Shown here piece by piece: positions 1-12,189 of a stretch of DNA of 64,000 nt. The stretch comes from Squalus acanthias (taxonomy: Eukaryota): the NCBI GenBank assembly GCA_030390025.1, contig CM059432.1:66280001-66344000 (forward strand), written 5' to 3'. A program made the position numbers and the translations under genes. Each line of letters starts with the position of its first letter. Within the stretch, counting starts at the first letter, position 1. Below the pieces are notes generated by a model. That model saw only the letters and a list, made by a program, of their open reading frames with translations. It was not told the origin of the DNA and made no database searches.

Positions 1-833
1 GGGAGATGCAGTATAATGTGGATAAATGCGAGGTTATCCACTTCGGTGGCAAAAACAGGAAGGCAGATTATTATCTGAACGGCAATAGTTTGGGAAAAGG
101 GGAAGTGCAATGAGACCTGGGTGTCCTTGTGCACCAGTCGCTGAAGGTAAGCATGCAGGTGCAGCAGGCGGTTAAGAAGGCAAATGGTATGTTGGCCTTC
201 ATAGCGAGAGGATTCGAGTACAGGAGCAAGGATGTCTTGCTGCAGTTGTACAGGGCCTTGGTGAGACCACACCTTGAGTATTGTGTGCAGTTTTGGTCAC
301 CTTATCTGAGGAAGGATGTTCTTGGTATGGAGGGAGTGCAGCGAAGATTCACCAGACTGATACCTGGGATGGCAGGAATGATGTATGAAGAGAGATTGGG
401 TCGATTAGGCTTATATTCGCTAGAGTTTAGAAGAATGAGAGGGGATCTCATTGAAACTTATAAAATTCTAACAGGACTAGACAGACTAGATGCAGGAAGG
501 CTGTTCCCGATGGCGGGGGAGTCCAGAACCAGGGGTCACAGTCTAAGGATAAGGGGTAAGCCATTTAGGACTGAGATGAGGAGGAATTTCTTCACCCAGA
601 GAGTGGTGAACCTGTGGAATTCTCTACCACTGAAGGCAGTTGAGGCCAATTCATTAAATATATTCAAGAAGGAGACAGATATATTTCTTAAGGCTAAGGG
701 GATCAAGGGATATGGGGCGAAAGCAGGGACAGGGTACTGAATTTGGATGATCAGCCATGATCGCATTGAATGGTGGAGCAGGCTCGAGGGGCCGAATGGC
801 CTACTCCTGCTCCTATCTTCTATGTTTCTATGT
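1..833 (+). mobile_element. CR1-clade LINE, 3' part (ORF2 C-terminus, 3'UTR and tail); begins outside the window
   Basis: ORF 129-740 has the CR1 motifs LYRALVRPHLEYCVQFWSP, RRMRGDLIETYKIL and FFTQRVVNLWNSLP. The 3'UTR contains ggagcagg...cctgctcc and ends in a (TTTCTATG)-type tail. Confidence 0.95.
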
Positions 834-1435
834 ACCACATAATAGACTAATGAATAAGGTTAGAGAATGCGGAGTCAGGGGACAAGTAGCAGAATGGATA
901 GCTAACTGGCTTCAAGATAGAAAGCAGAGAGTAGGGGTAAAGGGTAGCTATTCACAGTGGCAGAAGGTGGGAAGTGGTGTTCCACAAGGATCAGTGCTGG
1001 TACCACTGTGGTTTACAATTTATATTAACGAATTAGACTTTGGAATCAAAAACACAATTTCTAAATTTGCGGATGACACCAAATTGGGGGGGATAGTCAA
1101 TACTGAGGAGGACTGTAACAGATTACAGGAGGACATTAATAAACTTGCAGAATGGGCATATAATTGGCAAATGAAGTTCAACACAGATAAATGTGAGGTA
1201 TTACATTTTGGAAAGAAGAATAAGGAGGTCACTTATTACTTGGAGGGTGCAAGTCTGAGTGGGGTAGAAGAACAAAGGGATCTCAGAGGACAAATACACA
1301 AATCACTAAAAGTAGCGACACAGGTTAACAAGGCCATAAAAAAAGCATGATGTGGAGATGCCGGCGTTGGACTGGGGTGGACAAAAATGAGAAGTCGCAC
1401 AACACCAGGTTATAGTCCAACAGATTTATTTAATT

Positions 1436-1473
1436 TTACAAGCTTTCGGAGCTGTCGCTCCTTCCTCAGGTAA
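1436..1473 (-). ncRNA. Minimal hammerhead ribozyme motif (inverted copy)
   Basis: Exact reverse complement of 1746-1783. Confidence 0.8.
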
Positions 1474-1745
1474 GTTAGCAGTGAGAGAATCTCCCAGAAT
1501 TCACAATTTAAACACAGACAAAATCTATTCAAATCTTTCCCTACATCAAAGACACACTAAGAGCACAAGAACCAACACAAATTGACAGGATATGCAGCCA
1601 GCAGGTGGTTTGACACGTTGGACCCCCTGGGACACATCTCATTGTCTTGGCTGTGCTCTTAGTGTGTCTTTGATGTAGGGAAAGATTTGAATAGATTTTG
1701 TCTGTGTTTAAATTGTGAATTCTGGGAGATTCTCTCACTGCTAAC

Positions 1746-1783
1746 TTACCTGAGGAAGGAGCGACAGCTCCGAAAGCTTGTAA
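1746..1783 (+). ncRNA. Minimal type-I hammerhead ribozyme motif (Penelope type)
   Basis: TTAC CTGAGGA A GGAGC gaca GCTCC GAA AGCT T GTAA: CUGANGA and GAAA cores, stem I TTAC/GTAA, stem II GGAGC/GCTCC, palindromic AGCT in place of stem III. Confidence 0.8.
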
Positions 1784-4714
1784 AATTAAATAAATCTGTT
1801 GGACTATAACCTGGTGTTGTGCGACTTCTCATAAAAAAAGCAAACCAAGCACTAGGGTTTATTTCTAGAGGGACAGAATTGAAAAGTAATGAAGTTATGC
1901 TGCACTTGTATCGAACCTTAGATAGACCACACTTGGAGTACTGCATACAATTCTGGTTGCTATATTATAAAAAGGATATAGAGGCACTGGAGAGGGTGCA
2001 GAGAAGATTAACAAGGATGATATCAGAAATGCGAGGGTATACCTATCAGGAAAGGATGAACAGGCTGGGTCTCTTTTCTCTTGAAAAGAGAAGGCTGAGG
2101 GGTGACCTAATAGAGGTCTTTAAAATTATGAAAGGTTTTGATAGAGTAGATACAGAGAGAATGTTTCCACTTGTGGGGAAGAACATAACTAGTGGCCATC
2201 AATATAAGATAGTCACCAAGAAATCAAATAGGGAATTCAGAAGAAACTTCTTTACCCAGAGAGTGGAGAGAATGTGGAAATCGCTACCACAGGGATTGGT
2301 TGAAGCGAATAGTATAGATGCATTTAAGAGGCAGTTAGATAAGCAGAGATTGCTAGATTTGTGGATATTAAGGGAATCAAGGGATATGGGGATAGTGCAG
2401 GAAAGTGGAGTTGAGGTAGAAGATCAGCCATGATCTTATTGAGTGTCGGAGCAGGCTCGATGGGCCGAATGGCCTACTCCTGCTCCTATTTCTTATGTTC
2501 TTAAGTTCATATGAGGGAGAAGGGAATAGAGGGTTATGCTGATAGAGTTAGATGAGGAAAGACGGGAGGAGGCTCGAGTGGAGCATAAATGCCGGCATGG
2601 ACTGGTTGGGCCAAATGGCCTGTTTCTGTGCTGTATATCCAATGTAATCCTATGTAATTTATTTAAAATGTCACGTGAATACATTAATGTTTGGCTGCTA
2701 ATGTCGCCAATGATAATTTCTAGGTTAGAACTTGTACAAAGGGTTTCACTCTTGCATCAACAAGCTGGAAGGGATTGCAAGAAAGGATGATTGAGGCCTG
2801 GACGCTGGACTCATTAATGAAACAGCTAGCACTGTAATGGGAAGATGGTCAGGCTGCTATTCTGGAATAATGAAATCCAACCTTTCTGGTGATTTTGTGA
2901 ACAGTATGGGTAGGATCTGTTTTTACTTGCATTAAACTGACCAGCCTGGATTTTTTGATTGTCATTTAAAATGAATCAATTAACACCAATGTTAAATTAA
3001 CACTGATCCAAAAATCTAGGTTACTTTCTCTCTCAGCCTGTAGTGTTAAGGGACAGATAATAGTGGATACTCAGATAACAGAGATGAATTAAGAGCCGCC
3101 ATGTCATTCAAGTCCACTTTAACCGCAACTGTTTCCCCTGACTATTCCTAGCCTTCTCCTGGACAAAACTGCTATACAGGTACGGCAACTAATTTCCACC
3201 AATGATAAGTCCATATAGCTGCACTCAGCAAAATCCCAGCTCCCATTCCTACCCTGTTGTAATGATTTATTTTTGTTCAAATTTAAATCAGAATTACACA
3301 AATATTTTAAAATATGGTTTTGAAAAGAAATTAACTGCAACTCAAACATTTAACAACAGAAGCTTTGATTTATACTTTGCTTGCAGGAAATTAGACTTGC
3401 AATGACCGATGCTGGATGGCATTACCTGGGGAGAAGGTATGACAACACATGGTCAGTTATCCAGGGTTTTATGCCTAACATGACTGGGTTGCTGAAGCTC
3501 CAACCTTCAACTGATGGAACCACCATTCAATGAGGTATGGTGTGTGTCCATGCTGCATTCAGACAGATGGTGGCAATACAGTCAAGCATTTTATGGTGAG
3601 TTGTGCTGTTCACTGTGCTGCTCTTGAGGAGCCGCTGGTACCTGCCATCCACCCACACTTGTCAGTTCTCTAACTTGATAGTGACTATCATCCTGGCGGG
3701 TGCTGGGGGGAGGGGGCGGGGGGCGCGGAATGAGGCAATTGGGTCTCTTTGGGTAAAAGTGGCTCCAAGATGATACACCAGCGATGGAAATTTAGAACTA
3801 AGTCAACTACTCTGTGGCAGACTTGGTAATCTGATACTTGCTCTCGGGAGGTCTGCAATACTCTAGGTTACTTTTGCTGATTGAACAGTCCAGTCTGGCT
3901 CACTATTGAAATCTAGAGGGATAGACCTGTCACCAAGGGTTGGGATTCTTTCATTCAGCTCTAGATAACCATGCAAACTAATGTTCTAATGGGTAGGGTG
4001 GTTGCTAGCTGGACAAGCAGCAGGAAGTTTACCAATGTTCGTTACTGATATGTTGCATGATTTTAGCTAGTTAAATTTAACAGTATCCCTGTACACACTT
4101 AGGGTCCCTAAGCCTTGGCTCTACCAACCTGCGTCTAAACCCTCAGGAGTTAGATAAGTGGGGTGTTTCCCAATGGGCTATAGTGCACTCCAAGTTCAGT
4201 AAATGGATACCACAGGAGCAGATTTCTCAATAGCTTGATTTGGAGCCCCTTAAAGATGGTGATTGGTTTCCATGCATGTCCAACATATGGCTGACCAAAC
4301 AGTATCAAAACAACCAAGAACTTACATGGTCCTGCACTGCATCAATTTGTAGATTAATCCATATTCAGTGTAACCGATATGTACAATTTTGATTATGCAT
4401 AATTACAATTTGCCAGAATATTCAAAATTCACTGTTGAAAATCTCTGCCGACAGCATGAATTGGTTAATGCCAGCATTAAAATAATGAGCAGATAAACTT
4501 CATATAAACATGGTAACACTCTGTTACGAATATCATATAGCATTTCAATTAATAAAATAGTTAAAAGTAGCCTCCATTTTTAAAAGTTTACAGAGACAAA
4601 TTTCCTTCGGTGACTTAAATCTGGTGGGAAGAATTCCTACGTTCACTTTTTCAAGCAAAATCATAAAAGTGTTCTTAAAAAAAACTTCTATAATTTTGTT
4701 AGAAATAGTGATAT

Positions 4715-4879
4715 GGGAGTAATTTGAACTTAACCTGCCAGGCAGGAAATGAGCAGGTTCAATCTGACCGCCCTTTAACACCCTGCCCAATTTTATTCCC
4801 CATCGGGCAGGGTGTAAAATGGATGGTCTGACTGAACCCCCTCATGTCTTACTCAGTGGGTTAGGTTCACATTAACCCC
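4715..4879. mobile_element. Short, degraded palindromic MITE (Harbinger-like ends)
   Basis: Ends gggagtaatttgaacttaacc / ggttaggttcacattaacccc, central stem acaccctgccc...gggcagggtgt. No clean TSD. Confidence 0.55.
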
Positions 4880-6127
4880 AAACTTTCTGCTACATTTAAA
4901 CTGTTGCTAGAATATAGCAACCAAAGGCAATCTTTCTCTATGTGGCACTGTTACCTTTCCTTACATCACAGATTCTGTTAAATAATACAAATCAAAATAC
5001 TTCCTCAAACAAAGCATAATATTTTTTTTTGCCTTAACACCCCAGTCACTAAGTTGTAATTTCAACTTACCTTTAACATTGCACTCAAGTCAAAAGTAGA
5101 ACATATTTGTAAAACTTGCCTTAACTCCAATATAAAAGCCTCTGCCGGAAATGTTGAAACAAACTTGCTGACCAACTTTGTGTTCTGTTATTTACTCGCT
5201 GTACAAAGAAAATGCTGTCTATTCAAAACACATTTCTAAACTCGTTCCACAGAAACTGAGTGAACAAATGATTTCATGCCCTGAGCTGTAGTCATCCGAT
5301 GAGGCCCAGTGATAGCTCCAGGGCATGGAACCAAGTGACACGGGCAGTAATCTTTACAGGGAGCTTTTTGTGCACTCTTTCGAAAACTTTTTTCAAACTT
5401 TGACAGTGATCTTTTCACTCATTCCTTTCAAAGTGCTCTACTTCAGTCTTCAGCTGTCATTATGTATTTTATTTTTCACTTTTGTCATTGCACATTTTGA
5501 AAATTAAAAAAAATCTCCCCCTCTATCTCCCACCTTCTCCTGGAACTGCTAATTCTTGCTGGGGTATGGTTCCAGGAGTGCAGATCACCACTCAGTATCT
5601 CACCCACATGGACATTATTCATGTGTGAGAATGAGCAGTAACTGGATAGTAATGAGGAACAGAAAGCCTGGCTGGGTTTTTCCCTCCTTGGCCCAGTGGT
5701 GCTCTGGCCAACTGTAGGCTTTGAATTTCCTGTGTGGCGCATCTTGGAATTTATACCCTAAAATGCCCCCATTCCCACGCTCATTTTCCCGATCTCAAGA
5801 TGCATCGGAATTCCCTGCCAATCTAATTAGAATATGTGTAAAAATGGGTGTAAATTAGTGTAAACAATCGGGTGCTCGAGGAAATATATATATATTTCTT
5901 CTTTAAGTATGAAAATTAAAGTTTCACCTCATTCACCCATCATTCATGCACATTAGCATAGCATGTTTAAGAACCTGCAATCGGAGAAGCTTTTCAATAT
6001 TTAATGTGACTTATACTTATACCATAAAAATGCATTCAAAGAAACAGAAAATACAGTGCAGGTCTCAGTGAAGATACATTTTTAAATAGCTCAAAAACTG
6101 CAGATAAAACACCAGAAAAATGACTAT

Positions 6128-7852
6128 GGCTGCGATTTGACGAACCTCGGCGAGTCCGTGGTGTACGATGTCAGTGGCGGGTCCCGACCCCGCTGCTGGT
6201 TCCATCCCGGCCTCTGAAATGAATTTCCCCTGATTGGGCTTGTTAAGCCCGCCCAGCGAGTTTCCCAGCCAATTAGAGGAAGTGGGTCTGGTGACGTCAT
6301 TTGATGACGTATCATCAGCCGGTATCCTTAAAGAGACCATGGCCAACTTTAATTTGACATTTGTGCTGTCAGTGTTCCACAGCATTGAGGTGCTGCAAAC
6401 ACTGACAAGCACTGCACAGAGGTGCACGGCTGCACCCAGGTTCTCCCATGTCTCCCTCCCTATGCTTATAGAGGGAGTCACAGCACGTAGGGTGGTCCTC
6501 TTCCCTTCCCATGGGCGGAAGAGACCTCCCCAGGAGATCAACACAGCCTGGTTGCAGATTGCACAGGAGGTCACAAGCAGGGATGTGGTCAGGAGGACCT
6601 GGATGCAGTGCTGCAAACGTTTCAATGATCTCAGTAGTTCACAAAATGTTAGTACAAAACCACACTCAGCCTCATCCTGCTGTGCCTCTCATCACGTCCC
6701 CATCACTCTGCCTTCCCTACCCTACTCCTGCACACCCTTACTCACACCAACTTATCTTGCACCTCCACCCATCCCTCTCTATCAATATTATCACATCCCC
6801 ATCTCACTAGCCACCTTTCACACTCACCTTCATCCTAGTCCAATCATACCAACTACAACACACAAGGGTAGGCATTTGGGTGTTTTATGCAATGTTCATG
6901 TAAAGTTTCTGTTAATGTGGTGTCAAACATTGAAACCTTTATTTTCAATACTTTGCATTCTTGGACACATTTGTGTGCACCTTTGGAAGTGGCTTAGTGA
7001 GTTGCATTGAATGGTGAGACATAATGGTACCCCCCGCAATGGCGATGAGTGTGAAAGGAATGGCTTGGGCATTGTAGAGATGCTTTATGGTGTTGGTGTG
7101 GAGTGGTGTCAACCTGGCGCATCATGTGAAGTAAATCTGGCCATGTTGAGGCCATCTCTGGCCTCCCGGACAGCACTGTGGTCGGGTGCTGATGCCCTGT
7201 GTCTTGTGCAGCATCAGTTGATTGCGGAGAAGGTTGGTGTTGTTGTTGTTGGTGCTGCTGGTGTGCCTGGTGCTGCTGGTGTGTCTGGTGCTGCTGTTCG
7301 TGGTGGGATTCTGAGGACCAAAGTGAGAGTTTCAAGGGCACCCATGCTGATGGAATAGATGGCAGGTGAAGTAGAGATGACAGAAGCGATCTGTCAATGG
7401 TGGGGAGGTAATGAGGTCAGACTGGATGGAGACTCGTGTAAAGACTTGCAACATCCTGCATCTGGAGTGGAAATGCAGTTTAGAGAAGCTAATGGTTAAG
7501 GAAACATTTCTCAATCAGCTGGGAGCTTTGACTTGACATTTGAAGCTGTCAACTCATCAGCTGATTCAATGGCAAGTGACCTCCTGCCTCAGCTTCACAG
7601 ATGAGGCCTAGGCACAGCAGGAAACTGGTGGGGCAACCTGTCAAATCCAAAAAGCTGGGAAAATCCACTAATGATTTTAATTGCCTCCCCCGCCGCTGCG
7701 TGTCGGGTCTGCTCAAAGCTGACAGACCCACCATTTGGTAAAGGCACGTGGAGGCGGGTTTGCAGCGGGGTCCCGACCCACTGGGAAAAAAAACACTTTC
7801 CCACCCGACCCGCCACCGATCGTGCCTGCTGACCTCCTGCAAAATTCAGCGC
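6128..7852 (+). mobile_element. Internally deleted PIF/Harbinger element (Myb/SANT exon 1 on +, nuclease N-terminus on -)
   Basis: TSD TAT (6125-6127, 7853-7855). Imperfect TIRs ggctgcgattt / aaaattcagcgc. Myb/SANT-like peptide APRFS...WLQIAQEV...RRTWMQCCKRFNDL. The Q/H-rich minus-strand ORF 6994-7341 resembles 41610-41978. Confidence 0.85.
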
Positions 7853-9084
7853 TATGTTTCCTGCTGCACCTGATAATCTGGTTGTAATTTTAAGAGAGTC
7901 TCTGTGCAAGCGCAGAGGAAACTTTCAGGAAACTTGTATATGAGGCTCTATAACTTGGGGCATGGCCAGTTTTATGGATGGAGATTGAATTGGTCAGAAT
8001 TGATAGATCGATAGCATACAAGATTGAGGAAATTTGGGCATATTGTAGTTATGCGTGTAACTCACTTAGGCCCAAAATTCCATGATCTTTTAAGTCACAT
8101 TATTGGTTTGCGCCTTGGTTACATGTGTCTCTGGGTGCAAAAATGGAGGAAATGCAAGGCGGCAATGCTTAACCCCTGTCCCAGCTAAGATTAGCGAACT
8201 CACCACAGACTAGAATAAAACCTGGGGCCTTTTGGTCTGCATGAGTTTACCTTGCCATACATTTACCCACTTAGTCATCAGGCATGCTGCATTTTAAACA
8301 TTTATATTATTGAATGTAACTTTTTTTCCCTATTTTATATTTTCTCACTCTTACAGTTGCTGAGATAGGGTTTAACATGGAATATGAGATAAGGTGATGC
8401 ATATGTAATACTTGGCAGGCAAAATTGACTTTTTATTGTAACACAATCATTGCAGCATAGTCAGAACAACTATATCTGAAGATCATAAAGTATTGCTGGA
8501 ACTAATAATATATACATCATTAATCTGACGGAGATAAGCAATAGTACACAAGAGGCCAGTGGCAACTCACACCCCATACCAGCCACAAATAGTTAATTCT
8601 TTAGACCACCAGAGATATTTAAGTACACTGGCCCAACAGACAACCACAGATGCAACAGACCCCAGAATATGTTCCCACGCTGATTATAAGGCCATACACC
8701 ACCTAGCCTGGATTTTAAATGGCCTGTGAAGAAGGGGAGTGTGAGAAGGTGCGAAAGCTAAACCTTCAGCTCTAAAGCCTCCACCTATGTTACGAGGAGA
8801 CTTTCCCTCTAATTACATTTCCCCTGGCAGGAAGTAGTCAGTCTCTGATTTGCACCTTCCCACTACATTGCTGCTGTGATTAGCAACTCACTATAATGGT
8901 AGGCACCAGGCGCAAGTCCAAATCTCACCACAATGTAGTATCATGTATTGGTGCTAGCACACTATATAGCAGATGGGCCTTCTGCTATCCCAGAGCTCAA
9001 GGTCTTAGCACATTAACTCATCTGTTGCCTAAAAAGAATAGGCAACTGTGAATAAATGCAAAGCTCGCTATTAAAGTGCATCAT

Positions 9085-9395
9085 TTTATTTGTTCTCTGG
9101 ATATGGGTAATATTGTCATGGCCACAGTTACAGCACATCCATAGTTGCCCTGAGATGGTGATGGTGGGCCTTGAAGTGCTGCAATCCTTGTGTTGGTGGT
9201 GCTCCCACAATGGTGTTAGGTAAGGAATTCCAAAATTCTGAACCAGCTACAATGAAGCAATGGTGACGTATGTCCAAGCCTCGGTGATGATAGTGTCATT
9301 GATGATCAAAGGGAGATGACTAGGCTTCACCTTCTTCGTGATGGTCATTACCTGGCACTTATGTGGTGTAAATATTCCCTGCCACTCTCAGCCCA
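9085..9395 (-). mobile_element. Degraded 3' end of a LINE related to 24630-24945 and 47285-47765
   Basis: Recognisable gttgccctgagatggtg...gtgttaggtaaggaattcc...tatgtccaag similarity. Confidence 0.55.
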
Positions 9396-10024
9396 ATATT
9401 TTCAAATAGATAGCTGACTCTACATCTTCCAAACTCTGTAAAACTATAGATTTTCCTCATTAAATCTAACTGTCACTAAATTGGATTGGGGAAATTTTGT
9501 TGTTCATCCCTAAAATATAAGACATATGCTGGGATCAGTTGTTTATGTGAAATAGATAAGTGAGTTCTGAGCTCTGCTGGTACAAGTGGTATGTTATGCA
9601 GAAATACTTATTCTATTCATAAAAAACACTTGAGGGTAGAGTTTACGCTTTGGGCACAATCGGCAATCCTGGCACAAATTACGCACAAAATTGCGCTGTT
9701 TTTCTGAAGTGAAATAATGGTTCAAGTTTCATCTCAAACACATTTGCATAACCACAAACGGAAAATCGTCCCTGAACCAGTGCAATCGGGCTGTGTTTTA
9801 GAACGTAATTGGTTCTTTTTCCTTGCATTAAAAAATATTCCTTGATATATTTAAGAGTGGTAACCAGTTTTAATAATACAGCTGAAAATGGATCTATCGC
9901 ATTTTTACTTACCACCTGTGAGTAACCCGATTTTAAAGAACTGAAAATTACTTTAAAAAATACTATGCAGAACCATTTATTAGTTTCATTGGTGTGCAGT
10001 AGTCAGTTTCTTAGTAAATTAAAT

Positions 10025-11528
10025 GGGCCGGATTTTCCGATCAGAGGCTTCCTACGGGCGGATGCCTCCGATCAGAAAAAATCTACGCACTTACCTGCTG
10101 GCTCCATAGGTCCCGAGACTTCTGATCCTGGGCCTCTGCACTACAAAATGGGCAGAGGCCCAGGTATCCCAGGGGTGCATGCGGTTCGCAAGCATCCCTG
10201 GGACCACGTGGGCCTTGGGGAACCAATCAAAGAAGGGAATCCCCCTTCACACTTTTGACAAGTCTCTATGCACGGATCTGTCAAAAGTATGAATGGGGAT
10301 CACTTAAAAAAACCAGTTAAACATTAAATATATATTTTTTTAAATCACGTATTTAAAATTAGTTAAAATTACATTAAATTAAATATTTTAACCAAAAATT
10401 TAATTTTTTGAAAAAAATAATTAAAGTTTTTTACGGGGCTAAAAATAAACATACCTTTTTTAAAAGTATTTTTAAATTATAAATGAGTGAAAAACATTTA
10501 TTTTTTTATTTTTTTAAACTCTTAGGGGTAAAAATTGAGTCGCGCCCCATTTGGGGCGCTAACCTCGCCGGGGCGCGACTTTTAGCGCCCCGAAAAAATT
10601 AGCGGCCCCGCGCCGGAACTTCAGTGGTTGCGCCCCAAGAGGGAAGCGGGGCGCAACTGGAAGCAGCCCGCATCCCTCTTGGGGCGCTGCGAGTGAATAT
10701 CCTGGCGCTACGTGCCGCGGTATTGCAGGCCTTCCTCCCCTTCTTAAAGGGGAGGGACCCTGCGCAGCGCGAACCGGGGCCCAGCTGGGCCCCCAGGGAT
10801 CGGGAGTGCCGGCAAAAGAGCCCGGCACTCAAGAGAAGTGCCGGGCTCTTGGAGCGCAGCCGGCACTTCACGGTGGGGGGGCTTCACGGGGGCCGGGGGC
10901 AGGTGCTGGCAGGCGGCCAGCAACAAAAATGGCCGCCTGCCACCTCCGCTTTAAATATCGCCGCCCCGGCCGCACGTACGCCTCCCTGAACCCGTCGGAC
11001 ATAGCGTCTGGCGGTAAATCAGGGGGCGCGACTGAAGATCACGGCCGGGGCGCGAGCGGGGTGCTGCGCACGGCGATGACGTCATCGCCGGCGGCGCAGC
11101 GCCACAGGGCGCTACCGGCTGCCGCCGCCGCTAACCTCCCACTAAATTTTTCGGGAGGCGTGGGCGGCGCTGCGCCCGGGCGTTAGCTGCTTTACGCCCC
11201 ATTAGCGCCCTCTTAAGGCGCTAACGGGAGGCGCAAGCAGCTGAATTTTTCCCCCTTATGCTGGTAAAAGCAGGCCTTACACCTGCTTTTACCAGGCGTA
11301 AGATTTTTAAAGGTTTTCAGCGGACGGAAGTTGTACAGAAAGTGGAACTCTCTGCCCGCGGAGGCCCTTTTCCCGGACAGGTGGATGCTCTGTCAAGAGG
11401 ATTCTTGACAGATCAGAAGTGCCGGGTTTTAGCGCATGCGCTTCGCATGCCTGAAACCGGTACTTGCGAGGCCCCTACGGGTGTGTACGCACTTCGTATG
11501 CACCCGTGAGGGTCGGAATATCCGGCCC
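10025..11528. mobile_element. Harbinger-type MITE, middle element
   Basis: TIR gggccggattttccga / tcggaatatccggccc. TSD AAT (10022-10024, 11529-11531). Colinear with 22263-23021 after removing the inner insert. Confidence 0.9.
10525..11255. mobile_element. GC/CpG-rich Harbinger MITE, inner element
   Basis: TIR ggggtaaaaatt / aatttttccccc. TSD TTA (10522-10524, 11256-11258). Subterminal GGCGCTA/TAGCGCC repeats shared with 26030-28269 and 42286-43092. Confidence 0.9.
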
Positions 11529-12189
11529 AATATGATTTAAGATTTGAAAGCTTTTAAAAGGTGCCCATTAGTGCCCTTGCGCCTAAAAAAGCAGCTTAAT
11601 TTTAAGAGCCTCTTCAAAGGGCCGCAAATGGACGCAATCAGCAGAAATTTGCCATAATCGTTAATTCGATCTGGGGGCCTAGTTATGTGGACAGACCGGC
11701 TTTCAGATCGATGTTTTTTAAACCAGCGCAAAAGAACGCAGAAACTCGATTTGCGCCGAATGTAACTTGCGCTTGAAATTCCTCGATCTTTTGTGCTGGT
11801 TTGGACAATTTGGGGCGAATTGTGCTCGTAAAACCAATGCAACCCAGTGGAAACTCTACCCCTTGATTTCTAAACCCTTTTGTTTCAAGTGTTTAAGGCA
11901 GGACTTACACTGAACTTGATGCAAACTCAAAGTGGTGCAAGACAGCCTCTGTGAAGGAAGCCCCACAACTTGGGTCTCTACTGCACTTTGTCATCTTCTG
12001 ATGAGCAGCCAAAACTGCTTTGCATCAATCTGAAAGTGGCTATAGAGGGTAAATTTTGCAAGGCCTCATGCCGCCAATGGGGTCTTGCATGCTGCCATGC
12101 ATATTGGAAAATTGTGGTTGCACTGACCACGATTCATTGCTTTAAACAATGAATGGAAAATCACAGGTGGTCACTCACACTTTTCCAAT

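Larger units (their letters stand above)
1348..1829 (+). mobile_element. Short non-coding Penelope-like insertion with inverted pseudo-LTR arms
   Basis: 13-bp TSD cataaaaaaagca (1335-1347 and 1830-1842). Inverted arms 1387-1567 and 1652-1832. 5' end begins tgatgtggagatgccgg. Hammerhead motif in each arm. Confidence 0.85.
834..2655 (+). mobile_element. CR1-clade LINE fragment (RT domain to 3' end), interrupted by a Penelope-like insert and a short CR1 3' fragment (~2345-2500)
   Basis: ORF 757-1350 ([18 protein letters not shown]) continues in ORF 1819-2433 once 1348-1829 and one TSD copy are removed (...KKA|NQALGFISRG...). Confidence 0.93.
9633..11862. mobile_element. Harbinger-type MITE, outer element of a triple nest
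   Basis: TIR agggtagagttt / aaactctacccc. TSD TTG (9630-9632, 11863-11865). Related to 56355-57102. Confidence 0.8.

Noticed and set aside
10559..11186. Overlapping GC-rich ORFs / host CpG-island promoter
   Set aside because: Entirely inside a TIR- and TSD-bounded MITE. The ORFs reflect high GC content.
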